A stretch of 64,000 bases of DNA, from the NCBI RefSeq assembly GCF_009914755.1, contig NC_060927.1; one strand, written 5' to 3'. A program made the position numbers and the translations under genes. This document shows, in pieces, positions 40,367 through 54,619 of this stretch (position 1 is its first letter; the number at the start of each line of letters is the position of its first letter). The DNA comes from the human T2T-CHM13v2.0 reference genome, Homo sapiens. Under the pieces are notes generated by a model. It searched no databases, had not been told where the DNA came from, and saw only the letters and a program-made list of their open reading frames with translations.

Positions 40367-43300
40367 TTCTATGAAGATATTGCCTTTTCCACCACAGGCC
40401 TCAAACGGCGCTAAATATCCACTTGGAAATTCTACAAAAAGAGAGTTACAAAACTGCTCTATCGAAAGGAAGCTGCAACTCTGCGAGTTGAAAGCACACA
40501 TCGCGAAGAAGTTGATGAGAATTCTTCTGTCTAGTTTTGTATGAAGAAGTCACGTCTCAAACGAAGGCCACAAAGAGGTCCAAATATCCACTTGGAGATT
40601 CAACAAAAAGAGTTTTTCAAAACTGCTCCGTCAAGATTAATATTCAACTCTGAGAGTTGAGGGCAGGTATCACAAACAAGTTTCCGACAACGCTTCTGTC
40701 TAGATTTTATGTGAAGACATTCCCTTTTGTACCACAGGCCTGAAAGCACTCTAAATATAGAATTGCAAATTCCACAGAAAGAGTGCTTAAAACCGCTCTA
40801 TCCAAAGAAAGGTTAAACTCTGTCCGCTGAAGGCGCACATCACAAAGTAGCTTCAGAGAACAATTATGTCTAGTTTCTCTGTGAAGATATTTTCTCTTCT
40901 ACATAGGCCTGAAACCGCTCTAAATATTCACTTGGAAACTCTAGAAAAAGAATATTTCAACACTCTTCTGTCAAAAGGAAGGTTGAACTCTGAGAGTTCA
41001 ATGCACACATCACAAAGAAGTTTCTGGGAATTCTTCTGTCAAGGTTTCTATGAAGAAATCCCGTTTCCAATGAAGGCCTCAAAAAAGTCCAAATATTTAC
41101 TTGCAGATTCTACAAAAAGAGTGTTTCGTAACTGGTCTATCAAAAGAAAGGTTAAACTCAGTGAGTTGAACCCACACATCACAAAGTAGTTTCTGAGAAT
41201 CATTCTGTCTAGTTTTCCTACGAAGATATTGCCTTTTCTACCATAGGCCTCAAACGGCGCTAAATATCCACCTGGAAATTCTACAAAAACTGAGTTTCAA
41301 AAGTGCTCTTTTGAAAGGAAGCTTCAACTCTGTGAGTTGAAGGTACACATCACAAAGAAGTTTCTGAGAATTCTTCTGTCTAGTTGTCAATGAAGAAATC
41401 ACGTTTCACACGAAGGCCACAAAGAGGTCCAAATATCCACTTGCAGATTCTACAAAAAGAGTGTCTCAAAACGGCTCCATCAAGAGGAATGTTCAACTCT
41501 GTGCGGTGAATGCAAATATCACAAATAAGTTTCTGACAATACTTCCGCTTAGTTTTTATGTGAAGATATTTCCTTTCCTACTGTAGGCCTCAAAACGCTC
41601 TAAAGAGACACTTGCAAATTCCACAAAAAGAGGGTTTCAAAACTGCTCTATCAAAGTAAGTTTAAACTCTGTAAGCTGAATGCAAGCATCACAAAACAGC
41701 TTCGGAGAATGAATCTGCCTAGTTTTTCTGTGAAGATATTTCTTTTTCTGCCATAGACCTCAAACCGCTGTGAAAATCCACTTGGAAATCCTACAAAAAG
41801 AGTATGTCAAAACTCTTCTAGCGAAAGGAAGTTTCAACTCCATGAGTTAAATGCACATACCACAAATAATTTTCTGAGGATTCTTCTTTGAAGTTTTATA
41901 TGAAGAAATCCCGTTTCCAAAGATGGCCTCAGAAAAGTCCCAATATACCCTTGCAGATTCTACAAAAAGAGTTTTTCAAAACTGCTCTATCCAAAGAAAG
42001 GTTAAACTCTGTGAGTTGAAGGCAAACATCACAAAGTAGTTTCTGAGAATCATTCTGTCTAGTTTTTCTATGAAGATATTGCCTTTTCCACCACAGGCCT
42101 CAAACGGCGCTAAATATCCACTTGGAAATTCTACAAAAAGAGAGTTACAAAACTGCTCTATCGAAAGGAAGCTGCAACTCTGCGAGTTGAAAGCACACAT
42201 CGCAAAGAAGTTGATGAGAATTCTTCTGTCTAGTTTTGTATGAAGAAGTCACGTCTCAAACGAAGGCCACAAAGAGGTCCAAATATCCACTTGGAGATTC
42301 AACAAAAAGAGTTTTTCAAAACTGCTCCATCAAGAGGAATATTCAACTCTGAGAGTTGAGGGCAGGTATCACAAACTAGTTTCCGACAACGCTTCTGTCT
42401 AGATTTTATGTGAAGACATTCCCTTTTGTACCACAGGCCTGAAAGCACTCTAAATATAGAATTGCAAATTCCACAGAAAGAGGGTTTAAAACCGCTCTAT
42501 CCAAAGAAAGGTTCAACTCTGTCAGCTGAAGGCGCACATCACAAAGTAGCTTCAGAGAACAATTATGTCTAGTTTCTCTGTGAAGATATTTTCTCTTCTA
42601 CATAGGCCTGAAACCGCTCTAAATATTCACTTGGAAATTCTAGAAAAAGAATATTTCAACACTCTTCTATCAAAAGGAAGGTTGAACTCTGAGAGGTCAA
42701 TGCACACATCACAAAGAAGTTTCTGGGAATTCTTCTGTCAAGGTTTATATGAAGAGATCCCGTTTCCAATGAAGGCCTCAAAAAAGTCCAAATATTTACT
42801 TGCAGATTCTACAAAAAGAGTGTTTCATAACTGGTCTATCAAAAGAAAGGTTAAACTCAGTGAGTTGAACCCACACATCACAAAGTAGTTTCTGAGAATC
42901 ATTCTGTCTAGTTTTCCTACGAAGATATTGCCTTTTCTACCATAGGCCTCAAACGGCGCTAAATATCCACCTGGAAATTCTACAAAAACTGAGTTTCAAA
43001 AGTGCTCTATTGAAAGGAAGCTTCAACTCTGTGAGTTGAAGGTACACATCACAAAGAAGTTTCTGAGAATTCTTCTGTCTAGTTGTCAATGAACAAATCA
43101 CGTTTCACACGAAGGCCACAAAGAGGTCCAAATATCCACTTGCAGATACTACAAAAAGAGTGTTTCAAAACGGCTCCATCAAGAGGAACGTTCAACTGTG
43201 TGCGTTGAATGCAAATATCACAAATAAGTTTCTGACAATACTTCCGTCTAGTTTTTATGTGAAGATATTTCCTTTCCTACTGTAGGCCTCAAAACGCTCT

Positions 43301-46300
43301 AAAGAGACACTTGCAAATTCCACAAAAAGAGGGTTTCAAAACTGCTATATCAAAGGAAGTTTAAACTCTGTAAGCTGAATGCAAGCATCACAAAACAGCT
43401 TCGGAGAATGAATCTGCCTAGTTTTTCTGTGAAGATATTTCTTTTTCTGTCATAGACCTCAAACCGCTGTGAAAATCTACTTGGAAATTCTACCAAAAGA
43501 GTATGTCAAAACTCTTCTATCGAAAGGAAGTTTCAACTCCATGAGTTAAATGCACATATCACAAATAGTTTTTTGAGGATTCTTCTTTGAAGTTTTATAT
43601 GAAGAAATCCCGTTTCCAAAGAGGGCCTCAGAAAAGTCCCAATATACCCTTGCAGATTCTACAAAAAGAGTTTTTCAAAACTGCTCTATCCAAAGAAAGG
43701 TTAAACTCTGTGAGTTGAAGGCACACATCACAAAGTAGTTTCTGAGAATCATTCTGTCTAGTTTTTGTATGAAGATATTGCCTTTTGCACCATAGGCCTC
43801 AAACGGCGCTAAATATCCACTTGGGAATTCTACAAAAAGAGAGTTACAAAACTGCTCTATCGAAAGAAAGCTGCAACTCTGCGAGTTGAAAGCACACATC
43901 GCGAAGTAGTTGATGAGAATTCTTCTGTCCAGTTTTGTAGGAAGAAGTCACGTCTCAAACGAAGGCCACAAAGAGGTCCAAATATCCACTTGGAGATTCA
44001 ACAAAAACAGTTTTTCAAAACCGCTCCGTCAAGAGGAATATTCAACTCAGAGAGTTGAAGGCAGGTATCACAAAGTAGTTTCCGACAACGCTTCTGTCTC
44101 GATTTTATGTGAAGACATTCCCTTTTGTACCACAGGCCTGAAAGCACTCTAAATATAGAATTGCAAATTCCACAAAAAGAGTGTTTAAAACCGCTCTATC
44201 CAAAGAAAGGTTTAACTCTGTCAGCTGAAGGCGCACATCACAAAGTAGCTTCAGAGAACAATTATGTCTAGTTTCTCTGTGAATATATTTTCTCTTCTAC
44301 ATAGGCCTGAAACCGCTCTAAATATTCACTTGGAAATTCTAGAAAAAGAATATTTCAACACTCTTCTATCAAAAGGAAGGTTGAACTCTGAGAGTTCAAT
44401 GCACACATCACAAAGAACTTTCTGGGAATTCTTCTGTCAAGGTTTCTATGAAGAAATCCCGTTTCCAATGAAGGCCTCAAAAAAGTCCAAATATTTACTT
44501 GCAGATTCTACAGAAAGAGTGTTTCATAACTGGTCTATCAAAAGAAAGGTTAAACTCAGTGAGTTGAACCCACACATCACAAAGTAGTTTCTGAGAATCA
44601 TTGTGTCTAGTTTTCCTACGAAGATATTGCCTTTTCTACCATAGGCCTCAAACGGCGCTAAATATCCACCTGGAAATTCTACAAAAACTGAGTTTCAAAA
44701 GTGCTCTATTGAAAGGAAGCTTCAACTCTGTGAGTTGAAGGTACACATCACAAAGAAGTTTCTGAGAATTCTTCTGTCTAGTTGTCAATGAAGAAATCAC
44801 GTTTCACACGAAGGCCACAAAGAGGTCCAAATATCCACTTGCAGATACTACAAAAAGAGTGTTTCAAAACGGCTCCATCAAGAGGAACGTTCAACTGTGT
44901 GCGTTGAATGCAAATATCACAAATAAGTTTCTGACAATACTTCCGTCTAGTTTTTATGTGAAGATATTTCCTTTCCTACTGTAGGCCTCAAAACGCTCTA
45001 AAGAGACACTTGCAAATTCCACAAAAAGAGGGTTTCAAAACTGCTATATCAAAGGAAGTTTAAACTCTGTAAGCTGAATGCAAGCATCACAAAACAGCTT
45101 CGGAGAATGAATCTGCCTAGTTTTTCTGTGAAGATATTTCTTTTTCTGTCATAGACCTCAAACCGCTGTGAAAATCTACTTGGAAATTCTACCAAAAGAG
45201 TATGTCAAAACTCTTCTATCGAAAGGAAGTTTCAACTCCATGAGTTAAATGCACATATCACAAATAATTTTTTGAGGATTCTTCTTTGAAGTTTTATATG
45301 AAGAAATCCCGTTTCCAAAGAGGGCCTCAGAAAAGTCCCAATATACCCTTGCAGATTCTACAAAAAGAGTTTTTCAAAACTGCTCTATCCAAAGAAAGGT
45401 TAAACTCTGTGAGTTGAAGGCACACATCACAAAGTAGTTTCTGAGAATCATTCTGTCTAGTTTTTGTATGAAGATATTGCCTTTTGCACCATAGGCCTCA
45501 AACGGCGCTAAATATCCACTTGGGAATTCTACAAAAAGAGAGTTACAAAACTGCTCTATCGAAAGAAAGCTGCAACTCTGCGAGTTGAAAGCACACATCG
45601 CGAAGTAGTTGATGAGAATTCTTCTGTCTAGTTTTGTAGGAAGAAGTCACGTCTCAAACGAAGGCCACAAAGAGGTCCAAATATCCACTTGGAGATTCAA
45701 CAAAAACAGTTTTTCAAAACCGCTCCGTCAAGAGGAATATTCAACTCAGAGAGTTGAAGGCAGGTATCACAAAGTAGTTTCCGACAACGCTTCTGTCTCG
45801 ATTTTATGTGAAGACATTCCCTTTTGTACCACAGGCCTGAAAGCACTCTAAATATAGAATTGCAAATTCCACAAAAAGAGTGTTTAAAACCGCTCTATCC
45901 AAAGAAAGGTTCAACTCTGTCAGCTGAAGGCGCACATCACAAAGTAGCTTCAGAGAACAATTATGTCTAGTTTCTCTGTGAATATATTTTCTCTTCTACA
46001 TAGGCCTGAAACTGCTCTAAATATTCACTTGGAAATTCTAGAAAAAGAATATTTCAACACTCTTCTATCAAAAGGAAGGTTGAACTCTGAGAGTTCAATG
46101 CACACATCACAAAGAACTTTCTGGGAATTCTTCTGTCAAGGTTTCTATGAAGAAATCCCGTTTCCAATGAAGGCCTCAAAAAAGTCCAAATATTTACTTG
46201 CAGATTCTACAGAAAGAGTGTTTCATAACTGGTCTATCAAAAGAAAGGTTAAACTCAGTGAGTTGAACCCACACATCACAAAGTAGTTTCTGAGAATCAT

Positions 46301-48000
46301 TCTGTCTAGTTTTCCTACGAAGATATTGCCTTTTCTACCATAGGCCTCAAACGGCGCTAAATATCCACCTGGAAATTCTACAAAAACTGAGTTTCAAAAG
46401 TGCTCTATTGAAAGGAAGCTTCAACTCTGTGAGTTGAAGGTACACATCACAAAGAAGTTTCTGAGAATTCTTCTGTCTAGTTGTCAATGAAGAAATCACG
46501 TTTCACACGAAGGCCACAAAGAGGTCCAAATATCCACTTGCAGATTCTACAAAAAGAGTGTTTCAAAACGGCTCCATCAAGAGGAACGTTCAACTCTGTG
46601 CGTTGAATGCAAATATCACAAATAAGTTTCTGACAATACTTCCGTCTAGTTTTTATGTGAAGATATTTCCTTTCCTACTGTAGGCCTCAAAACGCTCTAA
46701 ATATACACTTGCAAATTCCACCAAAAGGGGGTTTCAAAACTGCTCTATCAAAGGAAGTTTAAACTCTGTAAGCTGAATGCAAGCATCACAAAACAGCTTC
46801 GGAGAATGAATCTGCCTAGTTTTTCTGTGAAGATATTTATTTTTCAGCCATAGACCTCAAACCGCTGTGAAAATCCACTTGGAAATCCTACAAAAAGAGT
46901 ATGTCAAAACTCTTCTATCGAAAGGAAGTTTCAACTCCATGAGTTAAATGCACATATCACAAATAATTTTCTGAGGATTCTTCTTTGAAGTTTTATATGA
47001 AGAAATCCCGTTTCCAAAGATGGCCTCAGATAAGTCCCAATATACACTTGCAGATTCTACAAAAAGAGTCTTTCAAAACTGCTCTATCCAAAGAAAGGTT
47101 AAACTCTGTGAGTTGAAGGCACACATCACAAAGTAGTTTCTGAGAATCATTCTGTCTAGTTTTTCTATGAAGATATTGCCTTTTCCACCATAGGCCTCAA
47201 ACGGCGCTAAATATCCACTTGGGAATTCTACAAAAAGAGAGTTACAAAACTGCTCTATCGAAAGGAAGCTGCAACTCTGCGAGTTGAAAGCACATATCGC
47301 GAAGAAGGTGATGAGAATTCTTCTGTCTACATTTGTAGGAATAAGTCACGTCTCAAACGAAGGCCACAAAGAGGTCCAAATATCCACTTGGAGATTCCAC
47401 AAAAAGCGTTTTTCAAAACTGCTCCGTCAAGAGGAATATTCAACTCTGAGAGTTGAAGGCAGGTATCACAAAGTAGTTTCCGACAACGCTTCTGACTAGA
47501 TTTTATGTGAAGACATTCCCTTTTGTACCACAGGCCTGAAAGCACTCTAAATATAGAATTGCAAATTCCACAAAAAGAGTGTTTAAAACCGCTCTATCCA
47601 AAGAAAGGTTCAACTCTGTCAGCTGAAGGCGCACATCACAAAGTAGCTTCAGAGAACAATTATGTCTAGTTTCTCTGTGAAGATATTTTCTCTTCTACAT
47701 AGGCCTGAAACCGCTCTAAATATTCACTTGGAAATTCTAGAAAAAGAATATTTCAACACTCTTCTATCAAAAGGAAGGTTGAACTCTGAGAGTTCAATGC
47801 ACACATCACAAAGAAGTTTCTGGGAATTCTTCTGTCAAGGTTTCTATGGAGAAATCCCGTTTCCAATGAAGGCCTCAAAAAAGTCCAAATATTTACTTGC
47901 AGATTCTACAAAAAGAGTGTTTCATAACTGGTCTATCAAAAGAAAGGTTAAACTCAGTGAGGTGAACCCACACATCACAAAGTAGTTTCTGAGAATCATT
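40367..48000 (-). repeat. Duplicated copy of ~31.0-40.35 kb lacking one HOR
   Basis: Rare SNPs recur at offset 9344 (ccgcttagt 32201/41545; ggcaaacatc 32677/42021) and then at offset 7645 (ORF variants 34920/42565, 36619/44264, 38318/45963, 39639/47284, 40017/47662). Confidence 0.88.
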
Positions 48001-51000
48001 CTGTCTAGTTTTCCTACGAAGATATTGCCTTTTCTACCATAGGCCTCAAACGGCGCTAAATATCCACCTGGAAATTCTACAAAAACTGAGTTTCAAAAGT
48101 GCTCTATTGAAAGGAAGCTTCAACTCTGTGAGTTAAAGGTACACATCACAAAGAAGTTTCTGAGAATTCTTCTGTCTAGTTGTCAATGAAGAAATCACGT
48201 TTCACACGAAGGCCACAAAGAGGTCCAAATATCCACTTGCAGATTCTACAAAAAGAGTGTTTCAAAACGGCTCCATCAAGAGGAACGTTCAACTCTGTGC
48301 GTTGAATGCAAATATCACAAATAAGTTTCTGACAATACTTCCGTCTAGTTTTTATGTGAAGATATTTCCTTTCCTACTGTAGGCCTCAAAACACTCTAAA
48401 TAGACACTTGCAAATTCCACAAAAAGAGGGTTTCAAAACTGCTCTATCAAAGGAAGTTTAAACTCTGTAAGCTGAATGCAAGCATCACAAAACAGCTTCG
48501 GAGAATGAATCTGCCTAGTTTTTCTGTGAACATATTTCTTTTTCTGCCATAGACCTCAAACCGCTGTGAAAATCCACTTGGAAATCCTACAAAAAGAGTA
48601 TGTCAAAACTCTTCTATCGAAAGGAAGTTTCAACTCCATGAGTTAAATGCACATATCACAAATAATTTTCTGAGGATTCTTCTTTGAAGTTTTATATGAA
48701 GAAATCCCGTTTCCAAAGATGGCCTCAGATAAGTCCCAATATACACTTGCAGATTCTACAAAAAGAGTCTTTCAAAACTGCTCTATCCAAAGAAAGGTTA
48801 AACACTGTGAGTTGAAGGCACACATCACAAAATTAGTTTCTGAGAATCATTCTGTCTAGTTTTTCTATGAAGATATTGCCTTTTCCACCATAGGCCTCAA
48901 ACGGCGCTAAATATCCACTTGGGAATTCTACAAAAAGAGAGTTACAAAACTGCTCTATCGAAAGGAAGCTGCAACTCTGCGAGTTGAAAGCACACATCGC
49001 GAAGAAGTTGATGAGAATTCTTCTGTCTAGTTTTGTAGGAAGAAGTCACGTCTCAAACGAAGGCCACAAAGAGGTCCAAATATCCACTTGGAGATTCCAC
49101 AAAAAGGGTTTTTCAAAACTGCTCCGTCAAGAGGAATATTCAACTCTGAGAGTTGAAGGCAGGTATCACAAAGTAGTTTCCGACAACGCTTCTGTCTAGA
49201 TTTTATGTGAAGACATTCCCTTTTGTACCACAGGCCTGAAAGCACTCTAAATATAGAATTGCAAATTCCACAAAAAGAGTGTTTAAAACCGCTCTATCCA
49301 AAGAAAGGTTCAACTCTGTCAGCTGAAGGCGCACATCACAAAGTAGCTTCAGAGAACAATTATGTCTAGTTTCTCTGTGAAGATATTTTCTCTTCTACAT
49401 AGGCCTGAAACCGCTCTAAATATTCACTTGGAAATTCTACAAAAAGAATGTTTCAACACTCTTCTATCAAAAGGAAGGTTGAACTCTGAGAGTTCAATGC
49501 ACACATCACAAAGAAGTTTCTGGGAATTCTTCTGTCAAGGTTTCTTTGGAGAAATCCCGTTTCCAATGAAGGCCTCAAAAAAGTCCAAATATTTACTTGC
49601 AGATTCTACAAAAAGAGTGTTTCATAACTGGTCTATCAAAAGAAAGGTTAAACTCAGTGAGTTGAACCCACACATCACAAAGTAGTTTCTGAGAATCATT
49701 CTGTCTAGTTTTCCTACGAAGATATTGCCTTTTCTACCATAGGCCTCAAACGGCGCTAAATATCCACCTGGAAATTCTACAAAAACTGAGTTTCAAAAGT
49801 GCTCTATTGAAAGGAAGCTTCAACTCTGTGAGTTGAAGGTACACATCACAAAGAAGTTTCTGAGAATTCTTCTGTCTAGTTGTCAATGAAGAAATCACGT
49901 TTCACACGAAGGCCACAAAGAGGTCCAAATATCCACTTGCAGATTCTACAAAAAGAGTGTTTCAAAACGGCTCCATCAAGAGGAACGTTCAACTCTGTGC
50001 GTTGAATGCAAATATCACAAATAAGTTTCTGACAATTCTTCCGTCTAGTTTTTATGTGAAGATATTTCCTTTCCTACTGTAGGCCTCAAAACGCTCTAAA
50101 TAGACACTTGCAAATTCCACAAAAAGAGGGTTTCAAAACTGCTCTATCAAAGGAAGTTTAAACTCTGTAAGCTGAATGCAAGCATCACAAAACAGCTTCG
50201 GAGAATGAATCTGCCTAATTTTTCTGTGAAGATATTTCTTTTTCTGCCATAGACCTCAAACCGCTGTGAAAATCCACTTGGAAATTCTACAAAAAGAGTA
50301 TGTCAAAACTCTTCTATCGAAAGGAAGTTTCAACTCCATGAGTTAAATGCACATATCACAAATAATTTTCTGAGGATTCTTCTTTGAAGTTTTATATGAA
50401 GAAATCCCGTTTCCAAAGAGGGCCTCAGAAAAGTCCCAATATACCCTTGCAGATTCTACAAAAAGAGTTTTTCAAAACTGCTCTATCCAAAGAAAGGTTA
50501 AACTCTGTGAGTTGAAGGCACACATCACAAAGTAGTTTCTGAGAATCATTCTGTCTAGTTTTTCTATGAAGATATTGCCTTTTCCACCATAGGCCTCAAA
50601 CGGCGCTAAATATCCACTTGGGAATTCTACAAAAAGAGAGTTACAAAACTGCTCTATCGAAAGGAAGCTGCAACTCTGCGAGTTGAAAGCACACATCGCG
50701 AAGAAGTTGATGAGAATTCTTCTGTCTAGTTTTGTAGGAAGAAGTCACGTCTCAAACGAAGGCCACAAAGAGGTCCAAATATCCACTTGGAGATTCCACA
50801 AAAAGGGTTTTTCAAAACTGCTCCGTCAAGAGGAATATTCAACTCTGAGAGTTGAAGGCAGGTATCACAAAGTAGTTTCCGACAACGCTTCTGTCTAGAT
50901 TTTATGTGAAGACATTCCCTTTTGTACCACAGGCCTGAAAGCACTCTAAATATAGAATTGCAAATTCCACAAAAAGAGTGTTTAAAACCGCTCTATCCAA

Positions 51001-54000
51001 AGAAAGGTTCAACTCTGTCAGCTGAAGGCGCACATCACAAAGTAGCTTCAGAGAACAATTATGTCTAGTTTCTCTGTGAAGATATTTTCTCTTCTACATA
51101 GGCCTGAAACCGCTCTAAATATTCACTTGGAAATTCTACAAAAAGAATGTTTCAACACTCTTCTATCAAAAGGAAGGTTGAACTCTGAGAGTTCAATGCA
51201 CACATCACAAAGAAGTTTCTGGGAATTCTTCTGTCAAGGTTTCTTTGGAGAAATCCCGTTTCCAATGAAGGCCTCAAAAAAGTCCAAATATTTACTTGCA
51301 GATTCTACAAAAAGAGTGTTTCATAACTGGTCTATCAAAAGAAAGGTTAAACTCAGTGAGTTGAACCCACACATCACAAAGTAGTTTCTGAGAATCATTC
51401 TGTCTAGTTTTCCTACGAAGATATTGCCTTTTCTACCATAGGCCTCAAACGGCGCTAAATATCCACCTGGAAATTCTACAAAAACTGAGTTTCAAAAGTG
51501 CTCTATTGAAAGGAAGCTTCAACTCTGTGAGTTGAAGGTACACATCACAAAGAAGTTTCTGAGAATTCTTCTGTCTAGTTGTCAATGAAGAAATCACGTT
51601 TCACACGAAGGCCACAAAGAGGTCCAAATATCCACTTGCAGATTCTACAAAAAGAGTGTTTCAAAACGGCTCCATCAAGAGGAACGTTCAACTCTGTGCG
51701 TTGAATGCAAATATCACAAATAAGTTTCTGACAATTCTTCCGTCTAGTTTTTATGTGAAGATATTTCCTTTCCTACTGTAGGCCTCAAAACGCTCTAAAT
51801 AGACACTTGCAAATTCCACAAAAAGAGGGTTTCAAAACTGCTCTATCAAAGGAAGTTTAAACTCTGTAAGCTGAATGCAAGCATCACAAAACAGCTTCGG
51901 AGAATGAATCTGCCTAATTTTTCTGTGAAGATATTTCTTTTTCTGCCATAGACCTCAAACCGCTGTGAAAATCCACTTGGAAATTCTACAAAAAGAGTAT
52001 GTCAAAACTCTTCTATCGAAAGGAAGTTTCAACTCCATGAGTTAAATGCACATATCACAAATAATTTTCTGAGGATTCTTCTTTGAAGTTTTATATGAAG
52101 AAATCCCGTTTCCAAAGAGGGCCTCAGAAAAGTCCCAATATACCCTTGCAGATTCTACAAAAAGAGTTTTTCAAAACTGCTCTATCCAAAGAAAGGTTAA
52201 ACTCTGTGAGTTGAAGGCACACATCACAAAGTAGTTTCTGAGAATCATTCTGTCTAGTTTTTCTATGAAGATATTGCCTTTTCCACCATAGGCCTCAAAC
52301 GGTGCTAAATATCCACTTGGGAATTCTACAAAAAGAGAGTTACAAAACTGCTCTATCGAAAGGAAGCTGCAACTCTGCGAGTTGAAAGCACACATCGCGA
52401 AGAAGTTGATGAGAATTCTTCTGTCTAGTTTTGTATGAAGAAGTCACGTCTCAAACGAAGGCCACAAAGAGGTCCAAATATCCACTTGGAGATTCAACAA
52501 AAAGCGTTTTTCAAAACTGCTCCGTCAAGAGGAATATTCAACTCTGAGAGTTGAAGGCAGGTATCACAAAGTAGTTTCCGACAACGCTTCTGTCTAGATT
52601 TTATGTGAAGACATTCCCTTTTGTACCACAGGCCTGAAAGCACTCTAAATATAGAATTGCAAATTCCACAAAAAGAGTGTTTAAAACCGCTCTATCCAAA
52701 GAAAGGTTCAACTCTGTCAGCTGAAGGCGCACATCACAAAGTAGCTTCAGAGAACAATTATGTCTAGTTTCTCTGTGAAGATATTTTCTCTTCTACATAG
52801 GCCTGAAACCGCTCTAAATATTCACTTGGAAATTCTAGAAAAAGAATATTTCAACACTCTTCTATCAAAAGGAAGGTTGAACTCTGAGAGTTCAATGCAC
52901 ACATCACAAAGTAGTGTCTGGGAATTCTTCTGTCAAGGTTTATAAGAAGAAATCCAGTTTCCAATGAAGGCCTCAAAAAAGTCCAAATATTTACTTGCAG
53001 ATTCTACAAAAAGAGTGTTTCATAACTGGTCTATCAAAAGAAAGGTTAAACTCAGTGAGGTGAACCCACACGTCACAAAGTAGTTTCTGATAATCATTCT
53101 GTCTAGTTTTCCTACGAAGATATTGCCTTTTCTACCATAGGCCTCAAACGGCGCTAAATATCCACCTGGAAATTCTACAAAAACTGAGTTTCAAAAGTGC
53201 TCTATTGAAAGGAAGCTTCAACTCTGTGAGTTGAAGGTACACATCACAAAGAAGTTTCTGTGAATTCTTCTGTCTAGTTGTCAATGAAGAAATCACGTTT
53301 CACACGAAGGCCACAAAGAGGTCCAAATATCCACTTGCAGATTCTACAAAAAGAGTGTTTCAAAACGGCTCCATCAAGAGGAACGTTCAACTCTGTGCGT
53401 TGAATGCAAATATCACAAATAAGTTTCTGACAATACTTCCGTCTAGTTTTATGTGAAGATATTTCCTTTCCTATTGTAGGCCTCAAAACGCTCTAAAGAG
53501 ACACTTGCAAATTCCACAAAAAGAGGGTTTCAAAACTGCTCTATCAAAGGAAGTTTAAACTCTGTCAGCTGAATGCAAGCATCACAAAACAGCTTCGGAG
53601 AATGAATCTGCCTAGTTTTTCTGTGAAGATATTTCTTTTTCTGCCATAGACCTCAAACCGCTGTGAAAATGCACTTGGAAATTCTAGAAAAAGAGTATGT
53701 CAAAACTCTTCTATCGAAAGGAAGTTTCAACTCCATGAGTTAAATGCACATATCACAAATAATTTTCTGAGGATTCTTTTTTGAAGTTTTATATGAAGAA
53801 ATCCCGTTTCCAAAGATGGCCTCAGATAAGTCCCAATGTACACTTGCAGATTCTACAAAAAGAGTTGTTCAAAACTGCTCTATCCAAAGAAAGGTTAAAC
53901 TCTGTGAGTTGAAGGCACACATCACAAAGTAGTTTCTGAGAATCATTCTGTCTAGTTTTTCTATGAAGATATTGCCTTTTCCACCATAGGCCTCAAACGG

Positions 54001-54613
54001 CGCTAAATATCCACTTGGGAATTCTACAAAAAGAGAGTTACAAAACTGCTCTATCGAAAGGAAGCTGCAACTCTGCGAGTTGAAAGCACACATCGCGAAG
54101 AAGTTGATGAGAATTCTTCTGTCTAGTTTTGTATGAAGCAGTCACGTCTCAAACGAAGGCCACAAAGAGGTCCAAATATCCACTTGGAGATTCAACAAAA
54201 AGGGTTTTTCAAAACTGCTCCGTCAAGAGGAATATTCAACTCTGAGAGTTGAAGGCAGGTATCACAAAGTAGTTTCCGACAACGCTTCTGTCTAGATTTT
54301 ATGTGAAGACATTCCCTTTTGTACCACAGGCCTGAAAGCACTCTAAATATAGAATTGCAAATTCCACAAAAAGAGTGTTTAAAACCGCTCTATCCAAAGA
54401 AAGGTTCAACTCTGTCAGCTGAAGGCGCACATCACAAAGTAGCTTCAGAGAACAATTATGTCTAGTTTCTCTGTGAAGAAATTTTCTCTTCTACATAGGC
54501 CTGAAACCGCTCTAAATATTCACTTGGAAATTCTAGAAAAATAATATTTCAACACTCTTCTATCAAAAGGAAGGTTGAACTCTGAGAGGTCAATGCACAC
54601 ATCACAAAGTAGT

Positions 54614-54619
54614 GTCTGA
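54614..54619. other. Junction of a 9-mer structural variant (169-bp deletion of monomer M7)
   Basis: gtcaatgcacacatcacaaagtagtgtctg joins directly to agaatcattctgtctagttttcctacg. Equivalent ORFs at 53869 and 55398 are 1529 bp apart (1699 - 169 - 1). Confidence 0.92.
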
